A DNA stretch of 32,000 bases from Candidatus Saccharimonadota bacterium (GTDB lineage Bacteria; Patescibacteriota; Microgenomatia; UBA1406; GWC2-37-13): positions 630,001 to 662,000 of the forward strand of contig CP065004.1 in the NCBI GenBank assembly GCA_016700135.1. Reading direction: 5' to 3'. The position numbers were made by a program, and so were the translations under genes. The first letter of the stretch is position 1; every line of letters starts with the position of its first letter. A model generated the notes under the pieces. The model did no database searches and was not told the origin of the DNA. It worked only from the letters and a program-made list of their open reading frames with translations. This document shows, piece after piece, positions 27,200 through 32,000 of the stretch.

Positions 27200-28018
27200 T
27201 TATTTCATTATATACAAAGCTGCAATAATTCCAACTAAAGCCACAATAAAACCGATAATTACGTTCAATGTGATACCGAATTGAATTTTCTTAAAGGCGA
27301 GAGGGTTTCTTCCCAATGCTTCAACTCCCGATAGGGACAGTCGTCCAAAATAACTCAGACTCATAAAAATCGTTATAAGAATAAGAACCGCACCGGTGGC
27401 AAACCTAATGAGAGATGCGGTTGTAAAGAAATTTGCGGTATTGGATGATCCTCCTGATTGAGTGCCTGCAGCAGAAGGATTATTATCGTTTGTAGGTCGG
27501 ACTACCACACGGATTTTACTGATTACCTGTTCATTATCAGCAGCCTCCTGCACATCTACGTCTTCAGCAGCAGTACCGAGCACTGGGCCTGCACCCGTCG
27601 CCTTCATCCCGACTCCCTCCCAGGGAGACGATGTTATGTAGTCTCCTTTCTTGATGGGACCGTTTGCCAATGATACCCAGACAGATGCTTCACCGCTTGT
27701 TGCAAGGGGATAGGTTCCTTCGGCTTCTCCCGTATTCAACTCGATTGCAGGATTTTCTGTCACCACACCGATAATATTCTTCTGATATGCTTCAGTTGTT
27801 ACGACGTACCCCTCATCGGTTGTTGCAATAATATACCCGTCAAGTACTGAATCTCCATCGATAGGCACCCGTGTGCTGAATCCGAAAGACGTATTTTGTG
27901 CATTTACAATTATTACGTCAGGATGAAATACATAAAAAAGAGCTAGAAGAATGCCTATTAAAAACATATACGGACGTATTATTTTTAAAAAAAGCCCATT
28001 TTGATCCATAAATTTCAT
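27200..28018 (-). CDS. Membrane protein: N-terminal anchor, ectodomain of about 190 aa, C-terminal two-helix hairpin resembling a degenerate ATP synthase c subunit
   Basis: I take the start at MKFMDQNG (ATG complement at 28016-28018); the ORF track extends to 28072. The hairpin is FATGAVLILITIFMSLSYFG-RLSLSGVEALGRNPLAFKK-IQFGITLNVIIGFIVALVGIIAALYIMK. It is the first gene of the atp operon, 27 nt upstream of atpF. Confidence 0.75.
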   Translation of the reverse strand: MKFMDQNGLFLKIIRPYMFLIGILLALFYVFHPDVIIVNAQNTSFGFSTRVPIDGDSVLDGYIIATTDEGYVVTTEAYQKNIIGVVTENPAIELNTGEAEGTYPLATSGEASVWVSLANGPIKKGDYITSSPWEGVGMKATGAGPVLGTAAEDVDVQEAADNEQVISKIRVVVRPTNDNNPSAAGTQSGGSSNTANFFTTASLIRFATGAVLILITIFMSLSYFGRLSLSGVEALGRNPLAFKKIQFGITLNVIIGFIVALVGIIAALYIMK

Positions 28019-28191
28019 TCTAGCATAAATCCGAAAAGAAGTATAGGTCTTCTTGCAAAATACGACACGCAAATTTTAAAAAGAACGATATATAAATTAT
28101 CTTCATAAAAAGATAATTAGCTATATATGTTCAATTAAATAGTTCATAATAATTTTCTTCTTAATGTATATATATTGCAACGTCTACAAAA

Positions 28192-28198
28192 TTATGTA
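28192..28198. repeat. Left copy of the 7-bp target-site duplication TTATGTA
   Basis: TTATGTA directly abuts the left IR at 28199. An identical heptamer abuts the right IR at 28914-28920. Confidence 0.75.
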
Positions 28199-28913
28199 GG
28201 CTCTAGACTAGCACATTAACAATTTGTAATAGTTCATTGTAAAGGATCGATGGGGATTTGCTCCATCTCCATTCACACTCTTTCAAGTGTAATGGAAAGT
28301 TTTTCTTTACACCATTGAACTTAACGAGACGTCTTTTACAAAAGGACCAGAATGACTCTATGCCATTGATATGGACCCCTTTTGTATTTGAGAACTCATT
28401 TTTCTTGTGATTGATTCTCAAATGTTTGTCATACCCGACATCAACAAGTCCGTTGTATCCGCTCCACGAATCTGAATATACAGTACTGTTCAAGTCAATC
28501 TTTCCCTTCATAACAGCATGTAGCGTTCTTCTTTTACAGTTTGGAATGATACGAGTAAATACACGTCCTTGACGCTCATATATCCCAAATACTACCTGCT
28601 TAAATGACGTCCCACGACCTCTTTTACTTGACTTGCCTCTCATCCTTCGAGGTCCAAAGTATGATTCATCAATTTCTATCTCACCACCAACATATCGTTG
28701 CATCTGGTGCACTTGGTGATGATATATGAGTTGACGAATATTATTGTAATATTTGTTGACTGTATTGCGGTTGAGACCCAAAATACCAGAGGTCTGTGTA
28801 GCACTCAGATCGTGTGCAAAACACCATAGTATCTTTTTTCTCTTGTATTTTGATATCGGCCTATTGTTACAAACCATACCTCTAGTTTAGCACTACTCTG
28901 CTAGTCTAGAGCC
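28199..28913 (-). mobile_element. IS1595-family (IS1016-like) insertion sequence, 715 bp, apparently intact
   Basis: Perfect 15-bp terminal inverted repeats: ggctctagactagca (28199-28213) and tgctagtctagagcc (28899-28913). A single transposase ORF fills the element, and it is flanked by a 7-bp direct repeat. Confidence 0.9.
28203..28877 (-). CDS. IS1595/ISXO2-like DDE transposase (224 aa)
   Basis: EIEIDESYFGPRR..KRGRGTSFKQVVFGIYERQGRVFTRIIP, TVYSDSWSGYNGL and HINGIESFWSFCKRRL are typical of DDE_Tnp_IS1595. Confidence 0.9.
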   Translation of the reverse strand: MVCNNRPISKYKRKKILWCFAHDLSATQTSGILGLNRNTVNKYYNNIRQLIYHHQVHQMQRYVGGEIEIDESYFGPRRMRGKSSKRGRGTSFKQVVFGIYERQGRVFTRIIPNCKRRTLHAVMKGKIDLNSTVYSDSWSGYNGLVDVGYDKHLRINHKKNEFSNTKGVHINGIESFWSFCKRRLVKFNGVKKNFPLHLKECEWRWSKSPSILYNELLQIVNVLV

Positions 28914-28920
28914 TTATGTA
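28914..28920. repeat. Right copy of the 7-bp target-site duplication TTATGTA
   Basis: See the left copy at 28192-28198. Confidence 0.75.
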
Positions 28921-28940
28921 ATACTGAATTTGTAGAGGGT

Positions 28941-31900
28941 ATGAAAAAATTCCGGAAATTTATCATCGCAATCATAGTTATTGCAGTGTTTACTGTGTTA
29001 TCCCTCTTTGCCTTCACGTACTACTCCCGTGCGGAATCGCCGATTATCTTCATCTCACAGCTGCTGCCAATGACCCGGGAGGGGTTGACTGCTACAGAGA
29101 GAGTTATCGAGACCAGGAATCTTCCGAATCCAACGTTTTTGTCAGAACCTGATTTATTGACAGATGCCACCCTTGAAATCAATTTACCGGCTTTATTTTC
29201 AGCTCCCGTGGTATTTCTGGAAGATATCACGGCACCCAATATCCTCTACAGCCTTGATGCGGGTGACGGAATTGAGCTTTCAGGAGATCCTCAATCTCCG
29301 ACAATTACCAATACGGGAGTCATTTCACTTGAGGGAGTAAATGGAGCTATTGAGCTTCAGAGTGATAATATCCGAATCAGCACATCCGGGAATACGATCA
29401 CCCTGAGCGCAGACATACCTGCCCCTGACATTCAAAAACTGACGGAATCCGATATTGAGGCATTTATCTTTGATGCCGATAATACCGGGACGCTCAGTTC
29501 GGGAACACTGGCACTGGATGAACTTTCCTACACAGGGACGATACCTTCTGCAATTGTTGTGGGTGAGTATAGCGATATAACAGGAGTAGGAACTCTTACG
29601 TCCCTGGAGGTTGCCGGCACCACAACCGTGAACGATATGCTGTTTGTTGGTATGTCTACGCCTACAGCAGCGATCGGAAGCACCTACTTTGATTCATCTG
29701 ATGAGAACCTCTATATCTATACGAGCTTGGGATGGGTTGATTTGACGGCCGGAGGAGTCACCTATACTGCCGACGGTGAAGGTATTGAGCTAGTGGGAAA
29801 TCAATTCCGTCTTGAACTTGACGGAAATTCACTTTCAAAATCAGGGAGTGGATTGAGAATATCGAGTACTTATCCGGGGCAGGTGTCTATTACAACGGTG
29901 GGGACAATCACAAGCGGCACGTGGCAAGGGTCTGAGATTGAAGATGCCTATATCTCAGATGCACTTACCATCTCTGCTTTAGGGTCGGTGGATGACGGTG
30001 CATTGTCTTCGAACGTTTCACTCCTGGGTCAGTCAATTGAGACAACAGAGATTACTGACGGAACGATCCTTCCCGTGGATATTAATTCCGGCGGAACGCC
30101 CGCACAGAACGGATACTCGCTGATCTACAACAGTACTACTGAAACATTTGACTGGATATCACCGGCATCGTTGGGAATAAACTATTGGGCGCGTACCAGC
30201 GGAGTACTTTCACCGGTCAATGCTGATGATGTGTTGAGTATTACAAGCAGTGTGACGACACCAATGTCACTCATAAATACAAGCGGTGGCGCATCATTTA
30301 GAGTCGATGATCAGGCAGGGGATACTTCACCCTTTATTGTTGACAGTACAGGGAAAGTAGGAGTAGGAATGTCCACGCCCGTTCATAATTTGGATGTGGC
30401 CGGGAAAATCGGTATCAATAATACGCAAATGATCTATTTGCCAAACCAGTCGGTTTTTACCGGATCATTGGTAATTGGAGACGGAGGTGGCTCTTTGACA
30501 TATAGCACGGGGTCTGACGGACGTAATAATTTATTTGTCGGTATGGATGTCGGTAAATTTAATAGTACCGGTTATCATAATACGGTCTTGGGCCAACTCG
30601 CCGGATATGCGATTACAACAGGAGGAAACAATACATTGGTCGGACGCGCGGCAGGAGCTACCCTTAATTCGGCGATTAATAATACTCTTTTGGGTACTGA
30701 TGCCTCATTCCAGACGACCTCGGGAGGAGGAAATGTCGTCGTTGGTGCAGGTGCAAATTACAATAACCAGAGTGGTTCCAACAACGTCATTTTAGGATAC
30801 CAGGCTGGATATGGTAACACGGTTCATAGTAAGACAGGAAATGTAATGATCGGCTATCGTGCAGGATATTTTGATAGCAATAACAATAAGCTCTATATAG
30901 AAAACAGTAATGCTACGATGAATGATGCCCTCATCTACGGAGACTTCTCAACAGACCAAGTTACCATTAATGATTATCTCGGGGTCGGGAGAACAAATCC
31001 ACAGTATGCACTCGATGTAGTAGGAACGGGACGTTTTAGCGGAGATCTTCGGGTAACCGGAGCTTTTTGGGATAGTTTCAATGTGCAGGGAGCAACGGGA
31101 AATATTTTGACCAGTACTGAGACGGGGACGAGGTGGCTTGCGGCAAGTACGATTTTTGACGGGACTTACTTCAAACAGGACGGTAATAGCTTTACAGCTG
31201 ATGCAGTACTCGGGACCAACGATACCTTTGGCCTGGCATTAGAAACTGATGGTGCTACCCGTGTATATATTGATTCTGTTGGAAATGTTGGCATCGGAAC
31301 TACTGCTCCGGGAGACGAACTGGATGTTAACGGAGAGATAGATTCATCTACATTTTACAAATTGGAGAATGCAAAGATACTTGATGTCTATAATACAAGC
31401 TCATTAGCTTTAGGTCATGGTGCGGGAGCCTCCTTAACAAATCCTCAATATACGACCCTTATTGGGTATCAGGCGGGATACAATCTCACAGATGGATACT
31501 CAAATACGTTTATCGGAGCTTATGCAGGTTGGGACAACACCGGGGAATATAACACGTTTATCGGTAATGCTGCCGGACATGGGAATAGCTCACAAAACTA
31601 TTGGAACACTGCAATCGGTGACTCAGCGTTGTACTCTTTGGGGACGGGAGATGATCAAAATACGGCTTTAGGAATGGATGCTGGAGTCGATTTTGACGGT
31701 GGTGACAACAACGTATTTATTGGAGCGAATAGTGGCATAAGTGATGGGATGTCTAATTCTATTGTTCTGGGAACGAATGCCTGGGCGTACTCATCCAATC
31801 AATGGGTAGTTGGTGACGAAGCTGCCCCAATCAATAATGCTTTCTTTGGTGAAGGGGTATTCTCATCAACTCCGTCAGATATCACCATAAATGCAACAGG

Positions 31901-32000
31901 CGGTTCGGGATCTGATATTGATGGGGCCAACTTGATACTTGCAGGAGGAAAAGGAACGGGGAATGCAGCAGGAGGATACATTGCTTTTAGTACTTCAAAT
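28941..32000 (+). CDS. Large surface protein (at least 1020 aa, 3' end outside the window): N-terminal TM anchor, then tail-fibre / YadA-head-like repeats of the type N-T-x-[ILV]-G-x-x-A-G
   Basis: I translated this by hand from ATG 28941. The frame stays open for all 1020 codons to the window edge, which is why it is missing from the ORF track. It begins MKKFRKFIIAIIVIAVFTVLSLFAF. Repeats include NTVLGQLAGYAITTGGNNTLVGRAAGATLNSAINNTLLGTDAS, NNVILGYQAGYGN, NVMIGYRAGYFDSNNNKLYIENSN...ALIYGDFSTDQVTIN, TTLIGYQAGYNLTDGYSNTFIGAYAGWDNTGEYNTFIGNAAGHG. Confidence 0.85.
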   Translation, partial: MKKFRKFIIAIIVIAVFTVLSLFAFTYYSRAESPIIFISQLLPMTREGLTATERVIETRNLPNPTFLSEPDLLTDATLEINLPALFSAPVVFLEDITAPNILYSLDAGDGIELSGDPQSPTITNTGVISLEGVNGAIELQSDNIRISTSGNTITLSADIPAPDIQKLTESDIEAFIFDADNTGTLSSGTLALDELSYTGTIPSAIVVGEYSDITGVGTLTSLEVAGTTTVNDMLFVGMSTPTAAIGSTYFDSSDENLYIYTSLGWVDLTAGGVTYTADGEGIELVGNQFRLELDGNSLSKSGSGLRISSTYPGQVSITTVGTITSGTWQGSEIEDAYISDALTISALGSVDDGALSSNVSLLGQSIETTEITDGTILPVDINSGGTPAQNGYSLIYNSTTETFDWISPASLGINYWARTSGVLSPVNADDVLSITSSVTTPMSLINTSGGASFRVDDQAGDTSPFIVDSTGKVGVGMSTPVHNLDVAGKIGINNTQMIYLPNQSVFTGSLVIGDGGGSLTYSTGSDGRNNLFVGMDVGKFNSTGYHNTVLGQLAGYAITTGGNNTLVGRAAGATLNSAINNTLLGTDASFQTTSGGGNVVVGAGANYNNQSGSNNVILGYQAGYGNTVHSKTGNVMIGYRAGYFDSNNNKLYIENSNATMNDALIYGDFSTDQVTINDYLGVGRTNPQYALDVVGTGRFSGDLRVTGAFWDSFNVQGATGNILTSTETGTRWLAASTIFDGTYFKQDGNSFTADAVLGTNDTFGLALETDGATRVYIDSVGNVGIGTTAPGDELDVNGEIDSSTFYKLENAKILDVYNTSSLALGHGAGASLTNPQYTTLIGYQAGYNLTDGYSNTFIGAYAGWDNTGEYNTFIGNAAGHGNSSQNYWNTAIGDSALYSLGTGDDQNTALGMDAGVDFDGGDNNVFIGANSGISDGMSNSIVLGTNAWAYSSNQWVVGDEAAPINNAFFGEGVFSSTPSDITINATGGSGSDIDGANLILAGGKGTGNAAGGYIAFSTSN

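Noticed and set aside
29021-31981. Track ORFs 29021-29239 (-), 30535-30795 (+), 31462-31671 (+), 31799-31981 (-)
   Set aside because: All lie inside the continuous open frame from 28941 to 32000, whose product has a clear anchor and repeat architecture. These short ORFs are off-frame or antisense shadows.

Overview
Dense, about 40% GC bacterial chromosome segment read in the standard genetic code. UGA behaves as a stop and conserved proteins end at their expected lengths. The gene content suggests a small-genome CPR/Patescibacteria-type organism: giant LamG-array surface proteins, a minimal ComEA/ComEC pair, a T4SS-pilin-like protein, charged extensions on L1 and NusG, and very tight gene packing. 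That taxonomic placement is inference only. Left to right the window holds: (1) the tail of one giant LamG surface protein and a complete 1770-aa one; (2) a tightly packed minus-strand block of two unknown envelope proteins, comEA and a core-only comEC; (3) a secE-nusG-rplK-rplA cluster split between nusG and rplK by an IS481-like element and a convergent gene for a putative secreted Cys/His hydrolase; (4) a GT2 and GT-C (PMT_2-like) glycosyltransferase pair, divergent from a TrbC/VirB2-like pilin domain fused through Pro/Thr linkers to Cys-rich domains; (5) umuD and umuC separated by an M29 aminopeptidase gene, followed by a small protein with an RNxxxH (HEPN-like) motif; (6) an F-type ATPase operon, atpF-H-A-G-D-C, with no a subunit or canonical c subunit. 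Its first gene encodes an ectodomain protein ending in a degenerate c-subunit-like hairpin; (7) a 715-bp IS1595/IS1016-like element with 15-bp perfect inverted repeats and a 7-bp target duplication; (8) a surface repeat protein of at least 1020 aa that runs off the window and is absent from the ORF track. I found no rRNA, tRNA or CRISPR array. All functional calls come from reading motifs by eye. No database search was run.
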